A stretch of 58,388 nucleotides of DNA. Source: Steroidobacteraceae bacterium (GTDB lineage Bacteria; Pseudomonadota; Gammaproteobacteria; Steroidobacterales; Steroidobacteraceae). The stretch's first letter is position 1. Each line of letters begins with the position of its first letter. The notes under the pieces are model-generated. The model saw only the letters and a list, made by a program, of their open reading frames with translations. It searched no databases and was not told where the DNA came from. The translations under genes were made by a program, and so were the position numbers. Positions 45,459 to 55,241 of this stretch are shown here, piece after piece. The DNA lies in NCBI GenBank assembly GCA_036000265.1, contig DASYGA010000362.1, positions 1-58,388 of the forward strand, in the 5' to 3' direction.

Positions 45459-47818
45459 CGGGCGTGCCTCCGGATTGCCTCCCAGACCCGATGAGGCGTG
45501 GCGGGCATGTCGATGTCGGTTACCCCCAGTGGCGCCAGGGCATCCAGCACGGCGTTGATCACCGCCGGGGGCGAGCCGATCGCACCCGCCTCACCGCAGC
45601 CTTTGGCTCCGAGCGGGTTGTGCGTGCAGGGGGTGCCGGGGGCGAGCTCGATCGCCATTACGGGCATGTCGCCGGCGCGCGGCAGGGCATAGTCGGTGAA
45701 GCTGCCCGTCAGGAGCTGGCCGTCCTCGTTGTAGCGGCAGCCCTCCAGCAGCGCCTGGCCGATGCCCTGGGCGATACCGCCGTGCACCTGCCCTTCCACG
45801 ATCATCGGATTGATGACGTTGCCGAAGTCGTCGCTCGCGCTGAAGCGGTCCACCCGAACGTGCCCCGTCTGGGGGTCGATCTCGACTTCACATACGTACG
45901 AGCCTGCCGGGTACGTGAAGTTGGTCGGATCGTAGAATGCGTTCTCGTTGAGTCCCGGCTCCAGGGTGCCGAGAGGATAGTTGTGCGGCACGTAAGCTGC
46001 GAGGGCGATCTCGGCGAAGCTTTTTTTCCGGTCCGTGCCCGTGATCCGAAATTCCCCGTGCTCGAACTCCACGTCGGCGTCGCTCGCTTCGAGCAGGTGC
46101 GCGGCGATCTTCTTCCCCTTGGAGACGATCTTGTCGAGCGCCTTGACGATCGCCGTGCCGCCAACCGCCAGAGAGCGGGATCCGTAGGTTCCCATCCCGA
46201 ACAGCACCTTGCCCGTGTCGCCGTGCTGGATATCGACATCCTCGAGCGAAAGCCCGAGCCTGTCCGCAACGACCTGGGCGAACGTGGTCTCGTGACCCTG
46301 GCCGTGGCTGTGCGAACCGGTGAACACCGTCACCTTGCCCGTGGGGTGAACGCGTACCTCGGCGGCCTCGAACAGTCCTGCGCGGGCACCGAGTGCGCCC
46401 GCGATATTGGACGGCGCGAGACCGCATGCCTCGATGTAGCAGGAGTAGCCGATGCCCCGCAGCAGGCCCTTTGCGGCGCTCGCCCGCTTGCGGGCCGGGT
46501 AGCCGGCGACATCCGCCAGCTCGAGCACGCGGCTCAGCGTCGCTTCGTAGTCGCCGGTGTCATAGGTGAGCCCGACGGGTGTCGCATGCGGAAACTTGCG
46601 GATGAAGTTGCGTCGGCGCAGCTCGATCGGATCGACGCCGAGCTCGCGTGCCGCGCGCTCGACGATGCGCTCCAGGAGGTAGGTGGCCTCGGGCCGGCCG
46701 GCGCCGCGGTAGGCGTCCACCGGCGTGGTGTTGGTGAAGACGGCCTGCACCGTGCAGTGAATCTGCGGTGTCGCGTACTGGCCGGCGAGCAGGGTTGCGT
46801 AGAGGATCGTCGGAATGCACGATGCGAAGGTCGAAAGATACGCCCCCATGTTGGCGGTGGTCCGTACCCGCAGGGCGAGAAAGTGCCCCTGCGCATCGAG
46901 GGCGAGCTCCGCGGTCGAGACGTGGTCGCGTCCGTGGGCGTCGGTGAGGAAGGACTCGCTGCGCTCGGCCGTCCATTTGATGGGGCGGCCGACGCGCTTG
47001 CTTGCCCAGACGAGGGCGGTCTCCTCGGCATACAGATAGATCTTCGAGCCGAAGCCGCCGCCGACATCGGGCGCAACTACCCGCAGCTTGTGTTCCGGTA
47101 GGCCGAGCACGAACGCCGTCATCAGGAGACGCTCGACGTGCGGGTTCTGGCTCGTGACGTACAGGGTATACGAGTCGTCGGCCCGAGAGTGCACGGCATT
47201 CGCCGCCCTCGGCTCGAGCGCGTTCGGAATCAACCTGTTGTTGACCAGCTCGAGCGTGGTGACGTGCGCGGCCTGCGCGAACGCTGCCGCTACCGCCGCC
47301 TCATCGCCTATCGACCAGGTGTAGCAGACGTTGTCGGGTGCAAGCTCGTGAACGGAGGTGCTGTGGCCGGCGGCGGAGGCCGTATCGACGACGGCCGGCA
47401 GGATCTCGTAGTCGACCTCGATCAGCGCCGCCGCCGCCTTGGCCAGGGCGCTCGAGTCCGCGACCACCAGGGCCACCTGCTCCCCGACGTGGCGCACCAC
47501 ACCTTCCGCCAGCACGGGGTGCCTCGGCTCCTTCATCGGAGAGCCGTCGACCGACTTGATCAGCCAGCCGCAGGGGAGGCCGCCGATGCCGGCGAGATCC
47601 TCGCCGGTGAATACCGCGAGAACGCCCGGTGCGGCGCGCGCCGGCCCGGCATCGATCGAGCGGATCCGCGCGTGCGCGTGCGGGCTGCGCAGGAAATAAC
47701 CATAACTCTGTCCGGGGAGGACGATGTCGTCCGTGTACCGTCCGACGCCGGTCAGGAACCGATAGTCCTCTTTGCGCTCGACGGATCGGCCGATGAGTGG
47801 TGCGCGAACCGCATTCAT
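45455..47818 (-). CDS. coxL: molybdopterin-binding large subunit, form-II CoxL-like (substrate uncertain)
   Basis: ATG at 47818 inside ORF ..47920. [23 protein letters not shown]. The active-site loop is AYRGAGR (form II signature), not the AYxCSFR of bona fide CO dehydrogenases. Confidence 0.9.
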   Translation of the reverse strand: MNAVRAPLIGRSVERKEDYRFLTGVGRYTDDIVLPGQSYGYFLRSPHAHARIRSIDAGPARAAPGVLAVFTGEDLAGIGGLPCGWLIKSVDGSPMKEPRHPVLAEGVVRHVGEQVALVVADSSALAKAAAALIEVDYEILPAVVDTASAAGHSTSVHELAPDNVCYTWSIGDEAAVAAAFAQAAHVTTLELVNNRLIPNALEPRAANAVHSRADDSYTLYVTSQNPHVERLLMTAFVLGLPEHKLRVVAPDVGGGFGSKIYLYAEETALVWASKRVGRPIKWTAERSESFLTDAHGRDHVSTAELALDAQGHFLALRVRTTANMGAYLSTFASCIPTILYATLLAGQYATPQIHCTVQAVFTNTTPVDAYRGAGRPEATYLLERIVERAARELGVDPIELRRRNFIRKFPHATPVGLTYDTGDYEATLSRVLELADVAGYPARKRASAAKGLLRGIGYSCYIEACGLAPSNIAGALGARAGLFEAAEVRVHPTGKVTVFTGSHSHGQGHETTFAQVVADRLGLSLEDVDIQHGDTGKVLFGMGTYGSRSLAVGGTAIVKALDKIVSKGKKIAAHLLEASDADVEFEHGEFRITGTDRKKSFAEIALAAYVPHNYPLGTLEPGLNENAFYDPTNFTYPAGSYVCEVEIDPQTGHVRVDRFSASDDFGNVINPMIVEGQVHGGIAQGIGQALLEGCRYNEDGQLLTGSFTDYALPRAGDMPVMAIELAPGTPCTHNPLGAKGCGEAGAIGSPPAVINAVLDALAPLGVTDIDMPATPHRVWEAIRRHAR

Positions 47819-47828
47819 GTTGCCTGCC

Positions 47829-48302
47829 TCAGCTGCCCATGGCCTTCGCGGCCATGCCAACGGCTTTGACGATGTTCTGGTATCCCGTACAGCGGCAAAG
47901 GTTTCCCTCCAGGCCGGCACGGATCTGCTCCTCGGTTCCGTGAGGGCGGTGCTCGAGGAGGTCCAGCGCGCTCATGATCATGCCGGCGGTGCAGAAACCG
48001 CATTGCAAGCCGTGACACGCCTTGAAGGCGGCCTGCATCGGATGGAGCGAGCCATCGCGCGGGGTGATGCCCTCGATGGTGGTGACATCGCCGCCGTGCA
48101 GTTGCGCCACGAGAACATTGCAACTCTTCACCGCGCGTCCGGCTACGTGGACGGTGCATGCGCCGCAGCTTGCGGTATCGCAGCCCACGTGCGTTCCCGT
48201 CAGGCGCAGGTGCTCGCGAAGAAAGCTCGACAGCAGGGTGTCGGCTTCGACTTCCGCCGCAACGGCTTTGCCGTTGACAGTCAGTTCGATGGCTACGGCC
48301 AT
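47829..48302 (-). CDS. coxS: [2Fe-2S] small subunit (CoxS-like)
   Basis: [11 protein letters not shown] and CGFCTAGM cluster motifs, plus CRCTGY. Confidence 0.93.
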   Translation of the reverse strand: MAVAIELTVNGKAVAAEVEADTLLSSFLREHLRLTGTHVGCDTASCGACTVHVAGRAVKSCNVLVAQLHGGDVTTIEGITPRDGSLHPMQAAFKACHGLQCGFCTAGMIMSALDLLEHRPHGTEEQIRAGLEGNLCRCTGYQNIVKAVGMAAKAMGS

Positions 48303-48534
48303 GCGATCACTCCTCGAGCTGATAATGGCGGGATGTGCCCGCGCCCGGAATTACCCGCGTGGATCTTGCTCGCGCTCTGCGTCGGACCGATTGTATAGCC
48401 GAAGCACTCGCGGGCGCCAAGATGGTGGCCGATTGGCTGCATGGCAAAGCCCATGCCGAAGGTGGCGCGGTGCCGCCCGGGCGCGGTCTCTGCTATATCC
48501 GATGCGAGAAGCCGGAGAAGTCGATGGTTGCCAG

Positions 48535-49512
48535 GTGTTGATCGTCCATGGCCGTCTGCGCGCGGCGAAACGTCTGGTTGCGTGCGCGATGGCTTTGCTT
48601 CTTTGCGGGTGCGTGTACTTCTCCCGGCGCACCCTCCCGGGGGCGTGCGCCGACGATCTCGGCTCGCCGGTACGCAATTTCTGTGTGGTCAGGCCGGGGG
48701 TGCTGTGGCGAGCCGAGGCGCCGACCCGCTCGGATGCGCAGTGGCTGGTGGCGCACGGCATCGGAACGGTCGTGAGCCTGCAGCTCGACGTGAGGCGCTC
48801 CTTCGAAACGGTGCGTACCGATCCCAAGGTGGTGCGTTCCATAGTCTACTTTCGCGTGCGGGACTTCAGCGCGATACAGGTTCTGACGCACCGGCATCTG
48901 GATGAGCACGTGGCGGAGGTTCTGGCGATCATCCAGAAGGCGCCGAAGCCTGTGCTCATCAGCTGCCGCGCCGGTGTCGACCGCACGGGCGTCGTCGCGG
49001 CGGCGTATCGGATGCTGGTCCAGGGTTGGAGCGCGCAAAAGGCCATCGCCGACATGGATGGATTCCACAGTCCCTGGGATCCGCTCAACAACCGTTACGT
49101 GCTCAGCATCTCGGGAGCTCGAAAGGCGAGGATCCTGCGCGGCATCACCCAGTGGCGCTCCAGATTGCAGCCCGCGGGACGATTCGAATGCCGGGCCGGG
49201 GGCTGCCGCTTCCTCCCGCACCAGCGGATCGGTGCGCGATCACCGCCCCGCGGTCAGGCGGAGCTTGTACTCGCGGCGATTCCGTCGAGCGCCGTGAGCG
49301 CATCGTCCGGCAGGCCAAGGTCGGCCGCGGCGAGGTTTTCGCGCAAATGTGCGAGCGAAGAGGTGCCCGGGATGAGGAGAATATTGGGCGCCCGGCGCCA
49401 TAGCCAGGCGAGTGCTACCTGCATCGTGGTGGCACCGAGGCTGCGGGCGACATCGGTGAGGATGGAGGACTGCAGCGGGGTGAAGCCTCCCAGAGGAAAG
49501 AAGGGCACATAG
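48535..49512 (+). CDS. Cys-based protein-tyrosine/dual-specificity phosphatase-like lipoprotein (Siw14/PFA-DSP-like), with an abnormal stop-less tail
   Basis: A GTG 48535 start gives MLIVHGRLRAAKRLVACAMALLLCGC (lipobox-like). NFCVVRPGVLWRAEAP. CX5R(T) P-loop ISCRAGVDRTG. There is no in-frame stop until 49512, so the last ~259 nt overlap the convergent AKR gene, and the tail sequence looks non-native. Confidence 0.6.
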   Translation: MLIVHGRLRAAKRLVACAMALLLCGCVYFSRRTLPGACADDLGSPVRNFCVVRPGVLWRAEAPTRSDAQWLVAHGIGTVVSLQLDVRRSFETVRTDPKVVRSIVYFRVRDFSAIQVLTHRHLDEHVAEVLAIIQKAPKPVLISCRAGVDRTGVVAAAYRMLVQGWSAQKAIADMDGFHSPWDPLNNRYVLSISGARKARILRGITQWRSRLQPAGRFECRAGGCRFLPHQRIGARSPPRGQAELVLAAIPSSAVSASSGRPRSAAARFSRKCASEEVPGMRRILGARRHSQASATCIVVAPRLRATSVRMEDCSGVKPPRGKKGT

Positions 49513-50132
49513 GCGATGCCCTCGCGTGTCAGATCATCGATCAGCGCATCGTCCGCCCGATGCGCCAGGTTGTAGTGATTCTGCACGCACACGATCTCAC
49601 AGATCCGCCGCCCTTCCGCGATCTGTGTGGGGGTGACGTTGCTCAATCCGATATGACGGACGAGCCCCTGCTGCCGCAGCTCCGCAAGTGCGCTGAGCGG
49701 TGCCTCGATCGAGCCTTCGGCCGGCCCGTGTACGCGGCCCATGTTGCGGTAATTTACGACCTCGAGGACATCCAGGCCGAGATTGCGCAGGTTGTCGTGC
49801 ACGGCCTGGGTCAGCTCCTGGGAGGAAATGGCCGGCAGCCACGATGCGTCCGCGCCGCGTCGGGCGCCGACCTTCGTCACGATGACAAGATCGTCGCGAT
49901 AGGGGTGCAGGGCCTGGCGAATGAGCCGATTGGTGACATGCGGGCCGTAGAAGTCGCTGGTATCGATGTGATTCACACCGCTCGCGATCGCCTCTCGCAG
50001 CACCGCCACCGCCCCCTCGGGATCCCGCGGCGGACCGAAAACGCCGGGTCCTGCAAGCTGCATCGCTCCGTAGCCGAGCCGCTTCACCTCTCGATTTCCG
50101 ATCCTGTACGCAGAGTTGTTTATGCTGGGCAT
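49254..50132 (-). CDS. aldo/keto reductase
   Basis: LGYGAMQLAGPGVFGPPRD, NHIDTSDFYGP, IVTKVG and HIGLSNV. Confidence 0.9.
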   Translation of the reverse strand: MPSINNSAYRIGNREVKRLGYGAMQLAGPGVFGPPRDPEGAVAVLREAIASGVNHIDTSDFYGPHVTNRLIRQALHPYRDDLVIVTKVGARRGADASWLPAISSQELTQAVHDNLRNLGLDVLEVVNYRNMGRVHGPAEGSIEAPLSALAELRQQGLVRHIGLSNVTPTQIAEGRRICEIVCVQNHYNLAHRADDALIDDLTREGIAYVPFFPLGGFTPLQSSILTDVARSLGATTMQVALAWLWRRAPNILLIPGTSSLAHLRENLAAADLGLPDDALTALDGIAASTSSA

Positions 50133-50224
50133 GAGAAGTCTCCTCTCTGGGCTTGCAATCTACCGCTTGTTCGGGCGCGCGATAACTGGTCATAATGCGC
50201 ACGGGTTGTGCGAAAATGTGAACA

Positions 50225-51175
50225 GTGAAGACTGATCTCGGTGACTTGAATGCCTTCGTGGCGGTCGCGCGCGCCCGCGGGTTTCGCGATGCCGCCCGCG
50301 CGACCGGGAAGAGCGCATCGGGCCTGAGCGAGGCGGTGCGCCGGCTGGAGGCCGCACTCGGCGTCCGGCTCCTCTACCGGACGACGCGCAGTGTTGCGCT
50401 TACCGAGGCCGGCAGCCGTCTGCTGGAGCGGCTGAGCTCAGCGTTGACCGAGGTCGAATCGGCTCTGGATGTGGTGAACGGCTTTCGCGACAGGCCCGCC
50501 GGTACGCTCAGGCTCAATGTTCCAAGCAGCGCGGCGCGGCTCGTGCTGCCGGCGATCGTGCCGCGCTTTCTTGCCGCTTATCCGCAGATTCACCTGGAGG
50601 TGATTGCGGAAGAAAGCTTCGTCGATCTGCTCGCCGGCGGGTTTGATGCCGGAATCCGCTATGACGAGCGACTGCAGCAGGACATGATCGCCGTGCCGAT
50701 CGGCCCGCGTACACAGCGCTTTGCCGTGGGCGCGGCTCCTGCCTATCTCGATCGGCACGGCAGGCCTGAGCACCCGCGCGAGCTCCTCCAGCACGCGTGC
50801 TTGCTGGGACGGTTCAGCGGCCGTGCGCTCGAGGCATGGGAGTTCGAGCGCAACGGCGAGATCGTGCGCATCGAGCCCACGGGACCGCTGCTCGTCAGTC
50901 GCGGCACGGCTACTGATCTCGCCGTTGAGGCGGCAATAGCGGGAATCGGCGTCATCTCGCTGTTCGACGACTGGCTGCGGCCGCATTTCGAGAGCGGCGC
51001 GCTCGAGCCTATTCTGGAGGCGTGGTGGCCGCGCTTCTCCGGGCCCTTTCTCTACTATTCCGGGCGGCGCCTGGTGCCGGCGCCGCTGCGGGCATTCATC
51101 GATTTCATCAGGGCAGCGCCTGCGGCCGCCCCGCGGCGAGCTGCCAAGCGCAGCGGTGCGGCGCATCGAGCATGA
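50225..51175 (+). CDS. LysR-family transcriptional regulator
   Basis: GTG start. LNAFVAVARARGFRDAARATGKSASGLSEAVRRLEAALGVRLLYRTTR is an HTH. Divergent from the AKR gene. Confidence 0.9.
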   Translation: MKTDLGDLNAFVAVARARGFRDAARATGKSASGLSEAVRRLEAALGVRLLYRTTRSVALTEAGSRLLERLSSALTEVESALDVVNGFRDRPAGTLRLNVPSSAARLVLPAIVPRFLAAYPQIHLEVIAEESFVDLLAGGFDAGIRYDERLQQDMIAVPIGPRTQRFAVGAAPAYLDRHGRPEHPRELLQHACLLGRFSGRALEAWEFERNGEIVRIEPTGPLLVSRGTATDLAVEAAIAGIGVISLFDDWLRPHFESGALEPILEAWWPRFSGPFLYYSGRRLVPAPLRAFIDFIRAAPAAAPRRAAKRSGAAHRA

Positions 51176-51816
51176 AGAATCAGGAACAAGTGAAAAGCTT
51201 TTCGGTCGTCATTCGGGTGTGGCTGCTGACATTGCTGGCGTGCGCCGCGCTGGCAGCTCTTTGCTTTGCGAAGATAGACGTGCCGGTGGCGCTTCGTGTC
51301 TGGAGCCTGCGCCATCACCTGAGCAGCCTGAATGCCGCTTTCGGTACCACCCTGATTCTGACGGCGGAGTCCGCAGTGGTCTTGGCCCTGATCATCTCGC
51401 GCCTGGTGCGCGGACACCTCTCGCGATTCTCGGAGACATTGGCCATAGCCTGTCTCGCCTCCATTTGCGCTTACGGCGTCAACGACCAGGTGTTGAAGCC
51501 TTTCTTCGGCGTTCAGGAGCCTGCCGATGTCGTGCACGGTGCGCGACATGCCATCCATTTCCTGATGGGCTTCGCCAGCAGCAGCTTTCCGTCCGGTCAC
51601 ATGGTGCTCGCCGGGGCATTCGCCGGCGTGTTCATGCGAATCTACAGAGGGAGCATCCGGCTCTTCTGCGCGCTGCTCCTGCTCGCCGCGGCCCTGCTGG
51701 TCCTGGGCGATTGGCACTTCGTCAGCGACGTGATCGCCGGGGCGTTCCTCGGCATATCCGCCGGAATGCTGGCCGGCGAAGGCTGGGCCGTGCACATGAT
51801 GGGCTCGAGATACTGA
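51172..51816 (+). CDS. PAP2-family membrane phosphatase
   Basis: ATG at 51172 overlaps the lysR stop (ATGA). SSFPSGH and HFVSDVIAG motifs. Multiple TM helices. Confidence 0.85.
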   Translation: MKNQEQVKSFSVVIRVWLLTLLACAALAALCFAKIDVPVALRVWSLRHHLSSLNAAFGTTLILTAESAVVLALIISRLVRGHLSRFSETLAIACLASICAYGVNDQVLKPFFGVQEPADVVHGARHAIHFLMGFASSSFPSGHMVLAGAFAGVFMRIYRGSIRLFCALLLLAAALLVLGDWHFVSDVIAGAFLGISAGMLAGEGWAVHMMGSRY

Positions 51817-51840
51817 CAAAGGGCAATGACACGCGGACGC

Positions 51841-52758
51841 CTAGGGAGAGCGCTCGACATGGATGCTGCCACCGGAGGTATGCAGATAAATCGGCGCGCC
51901 ACCGCCGCCAATCGACCCCTCGAGATGGTGGTCGCCGTCAACCTCGCTGGTGCTGAACGGGAAGTCTGACGTTACTCCGCCCCCGCTCGATCCAGCGTCT
52001 AGCGACGCGCGCGTGCCCGGCGGCAGTTGCAGCGTGATGCCGCCGCCGGAGGTCACGAGCCTGATGCCGCGATTCGATCGCAACTGCGCCCGTATGCTGC
52101 CTCCGGACGAGGCCGCATCGACTTCACCGTCGGCGTTCTGGATTCGAATGCCGCCGCCGGAGGTGTATAGCTCGAGCTTGCCGCTCGAATTGGCGACCTC
52201 TATGGGTCCGCCCGAGGTGCTCAATTGCGCGGGTCCATCGAGCCGCTCCGCGCGGATGCCGCCGCCGGAGGTATGCACGTAGACAGTCCCGACGATGTTC
52301 TGGAGGAGGATGCCACCGCCCGAGGTCCTTGCGTGTACCGCCGCATTCAGGTCCCGCATGGCGAGATCACCGCCGGAGGAGCGTAGATCGAGCGGATAAT
52401 GGCGCGGCACCTGGATTGCGAATCGGACGCGGGTCACCCCTAACCCGAACCAACCGAGCCAATCGAGCCAGCTGTCATTCTCCACGCGGGCCGAAACGGC
52501 GACGCCGGAGGAAGTCTGCCCGGCGCTGATGTGCAGGCGGTGCAGAAAGGACTCCGAGCCCTCCACATCGGCATGCACGACCACCTGCTGCGTGTCGCTC
52601 CCGACCACTGATACCGAGCCGACATCGGCGTCAACTGTCAGCCGGCCGCCCGGCGGCGCATCGACCGTCTTGTCATAGGTGCTCTGAGCCGCCAGCGCCA
52701 CCGATGTGGCGAGTGTCGCGATCAGGACCATTGTGGTTCGGGCTATGGATGAGGCCAT
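51841..52758 (-). CDS. DUF4097-like beta-helix repeat secreted protein (paralog of 32134..33048)
   Basis: ATG at 52758 follows AGGAG. Signal MASSIARTTMVLIATLATSVALAA. About 8 units of (T/S)SGG(G/S/P)I, such as TSGGGILLQN, TSGGGIRAER, TSGGPIEVAN, TSGGGIRIQN, SSGGSIRAQL, TSGGGITLQL and TSGGSIHVER. Confidence 0.8.
   Translation of the reverse strand: MASSIARTTMVLIATLATSVALAAQSTYDKTVDAPPGGRLTVDADVGSVSVVGSDTQQVVVHADVEGSESFLHRLHISAGQTSSGVAVSARVENDSWLDWLGWFGLGVTRVRFAIQVPRHYPLDLRSSGGDLAMRDLNAAVHARTSGGGILLQNIVGTVYVHTSGGGIRAERLDGPAQLSTSGGPIEVANSSGKLELYTSGGGIRIQNADGEVDAASSGGSIRAQLRSNRGIRLVTSGGGITLQLPPGTRASLDAGSSGGGVTSDFPFSTSEVDGDHHLEGSIGGGGAPIYLHTSGGSIHVERSP
52037..52272. repeat. three identical 17-mers ATGCCGCCGCCGGAGGT (52037-52053, 52148-52164, 52256-52272) inside the DUF4097 gene
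   Basis: These are the DNA-level echo of the TSGGGI protein repeats. Start-to-start spacing is 111 and 108 nt, all in-frame multiples. Confidence 0.85.
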
Positions 52759-52788
52759 GACGAGCTCCTGTGCTGATGAAAGCCCACC

Positions 52789-52814
52789 TAGAACACCGAT
52801 GCTCCCGGAAAGTT
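52789..52814 (-). promoter_or_regulatory. candidate ECF-type promoter AAC-N2-TCCGGG-N11-TCTA upstream of the DUF4097 paralog
   Basis: The minus strand reads gcAACttTCCGGGagcatcggtgtTCTAggtgg. The pattern and spacing are identical to 30919-30944(+). The -10 element ends 30 nt before the ATG, leaving a short leader that carries the AGGAG SD. Confidence 0.35.
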
Positions 52815-52895
52815 GCAGCAGGGCAGGGCAGCCGCCATGGCCGGCTGCCCGATATCGCCGGTCGCCGCCTCGCAAGAGTCGGCTGGCGGGCTTGC

Positions 52896-55241
52896 TCAGG
52901 GCATCGCGGCGGGCGTGTCACAGCGCGGGGAGGTGCTGCCCGCGGCCTGGAGCCACTGCGCTTCGATCTCGGCGGCGGTCTGCGGGTAGCCGAAGTAGTA
53001 CCCTTGCGCAAATTCGCACCCGTAATTTTGCAGCTCGCGCGCGGCTTCCGCCGTCTCCACGCCTTCGGCCACGACGCTCATCCCGAAGCTGTGGGCGAGT
53101 TGGACCGAGCTACGCACGATCTTCTGGTCGCCGGCATCCTGCATCAGATTGGTGATGAACGTGCGGTCTATCTTCAACGTGTGTACCGGCAGTCGTTTCA
53201 GGTATGAGAGCGAGGCGTAGCCGGTCCCGAAGTCATCGATGGAGAGCCGCACGCCCAGGGCGCGGATGTCGCCGAGCCGCTTGAGCATCGTATCGGGATG
53301 CCGCATCACCGCGCTCTCCGTCACCTCGAGCTCGAGAAGCGCGGGCTCTATGCCGAGCGACTCCAGGATGGCGCGCACCTTGTCGGCGAATCCGCTGTCG
53401 AGCAGGTTGTTGGCGCTGATGTTCACGGAGATCGGTACCCGGTGCCCCTGGCGCTGCCAGGCGAGCACCTGCGCGCAGGCAGCGCGTAACATGTACTGTG
53501 CGAAGGGATGGACCAGCTCGGTACCGTCCGCGAGCGGCACGAACCGCGCCGGGGCGATGGGCCCCAGCGATGGATGCACCCAGCGCGCGAGCGCCTCCAG
53601 CCCGATCAGCTCGCCGTCCGCCAGGCGCACTTTCGGCTGATAGGCGACGGCGAGCGAGCCGTCGCGCAGCGCCTTGCCCAGATCGCTCTGCAGCGCGAGC
53701 ATCTCCGGGGTGAATTGATCCATCACTTCGTTGTAGCGCCGGAAGGCGCTGAGGTCTTCCTTCGCCGCATACATCGCGATGTCGGCACAGCGCAGCAGCT
53801 CGCTCGGGGTGCGCGCGTCGCGCGGATATACAGCGGCTCCGATGCTCGCCGTCAGATCGAGCTCGATGCCGCCGGGCAGAGTGGTTCGTCCGAGGCACTC
53901 CTGCAGGCGGACGCCGAGATTCTCGAGCGCCCAGGGCGTCTCGACACCCGGAGCGAGCACCGCGAGCTCATCGCCCCCCAGACGCGCGACGCAGGTTTCC
54001 GCATCGGGAAAGCGCTCCCGCAGGCGCCCGCCGATCTCCTCCAGCACGCGGTCGCCGGCGGCATGCCCAAGGGTGTCGTTGATCTCCTTGAAGCGATTCA
54101 AGTCGAGGAGCAGGATGGCGAGCGCATCACCTGGCGAGGCCGAGATCGCCTGCTCGAGCTCGCGCATGAAGCCATCGCGGTTCCTCAGCCCGGTGAGCGT
54201 GTCGTGTTGCGCCAGGTACTCTTGCTCGGCCACGTAAGCGGCCTGTCGGCGGAAGGCGGCACGCAGCTGCCAGGCGAAAACGAGCACTGCCAACATCCCG
54301 ATGACGAGCACGGCGGCGGGCGCCGCCGCTTCCTCGAGCCATTTGTGCTGCAGCGATGCGATCGGGACGCTCGCGCCGACATACAGGGGCAGGGCGGCGG
54401 AACGCGCAAAGCCAACATATCCGGATTTGGAGGGCATGGAGAGAAACACGCCGCTGCGGCGACCGCGGACCGCATCGAGTGAGCTGCGCGAAACCTGGTG
54501 GAAGCCAGGCTCGAATGAGCCTCTGCCTGGCCCGTAGATGACGAGCGGCCGGCCGTCGAGCGTCACCAGGCTGACGAAGCTGTCGCGGAGCAGCCGCAGA
54601 CTGTCGGTGCTCGCCAGCAGGCGTCGCACGGGAACCAGTGCGAACACCGCTTCCGGCTCACCGGAGGTGCCCCGGATGGCGAGCGTGACCGGTAGATACA
54701 GCTCCTCGTCCGCCGGCAGCCGAAGGAGATAGGAAAAATCCAATCCCGTGCCGCGCGGTACGATCGCCTGCGCGATCGTGCGCAGCACCGCTGGGCGGGT
54801 CACCGGCTCGCCCGAGTGAGTGACCGCGAGGACGGTGCCGTCCGCGGCGCGAACACCAAGGTAGCTCGAGACCGAGTCCAGGAGCGCTGCATCGCGCAGC
54901 ACAGCGAGGGTGCGCCCGGGCGCAGGTCGGCCTGAGGAGGCCGAGGAGAGGTTGGCGCCGATGCGCCTCAAGCTGGCAGCGGACTGCTCCAGAAGACCCG
55001 TGACGGAAGTCTCGAGCCCGAGCGCCAGATTCAGGACGCTCTCGCGTCCGGACGCCCAGATCCCCGCCCGCTCCTGCGCTACGAGGTACACCGCGGTTCC
55101 GGCGAGCAGGAGCAGCGCGACAACTACTGAGAGCCGCGCCCGGCGGTAAGCGCCGGTGAACCGTCGATCCTGATGGGATCGCCGACTCGTACGCGATTGC
55201 CTGGGCGCCCTCGCGGCCGCGATGCGCTGTTCACCGCTCAT
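52896..55241 (-). CDS. membrane sensor GGDEF-EAL protein (GGDEL variant)
   Basis: N-terminal TM, periplasmic region and second TM. LTGLRNRDGF, RLGGDELAVL, EAL (GLEALARW), DDFGTGYASLSYLK and KIDRTF. Confidence 0.88.
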   Translation of the reverse strand: MSGEQRIAAARAPRQSRTSRRSHQDRRFTGAYRRARLSVVVALLLLAGTAVYLVAQERAGIWASGRESVLNLALGLETSVTGLLEQSAASLRRIGANLSSASSGRPAPGRTLAVLRDAALLDSVSSYLGVRAADGTVLAVTHSGEPVTRPAVLRTIAQAIVPRGTGLDFSYLLRLPADEELYLPVTLAIRGTSGEPEAVFALVPVRRLLASTDSLRLLRDSFVSLVTLDGRPLVIYGPGRGSFEPGFHQVSRSSLDAVRGRRSGVFLSMPSKSGYVGFARSAALPLYVGASVPIASLQHKWLEEAAAPAAVLVIGMLAVLVFAWQLRAAFRRQAAYVAEQEYLAQHDTLTGLRNRDGFMRELEQAISASPGDALAILLLDLNRFKEINDTLGHAAGDRVLEEIGGRLRERFPDAETCVARLGGDELAVLAPGVETPWALENLGVRLQECLGRTTLPGGIELDLTASIGAAVYPRDARTPSELLRCADIAMYAAKEDLSAFRRYNEVMDQFTPEMLALQSDLGKALRDGSLAVAYQPKVRLADGELIGLEALARWVHPSLGPIAPARFVPLADGTELVHPFAQYMLRAACAQVLAWQRQGHRVPISVNISANNLLDSGFADKVRAILESLGIEPALLELEVTESAVMRHPDTMLKRLGDIRALGVRLSIDDFGTGYASLSYLKRLPVHTLKIDRTFITNLMQDAGDQKIVRSSVQLAHSFGMSVVAEGVETAEAARELQNYGCEFAQGYYFGYPQTAAEIEAQWLQAAGSTSPRCDTPAAMP

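Noticed and set aside
48493-49221. 242-aa minus-strand ORF opposite the phosphatase gene
   Set aside because: The translation has no motifs and is Arg/Asp/His-rich. The plus strand carries a clear CX5R phosphatase signature and a lipoprotein signal.
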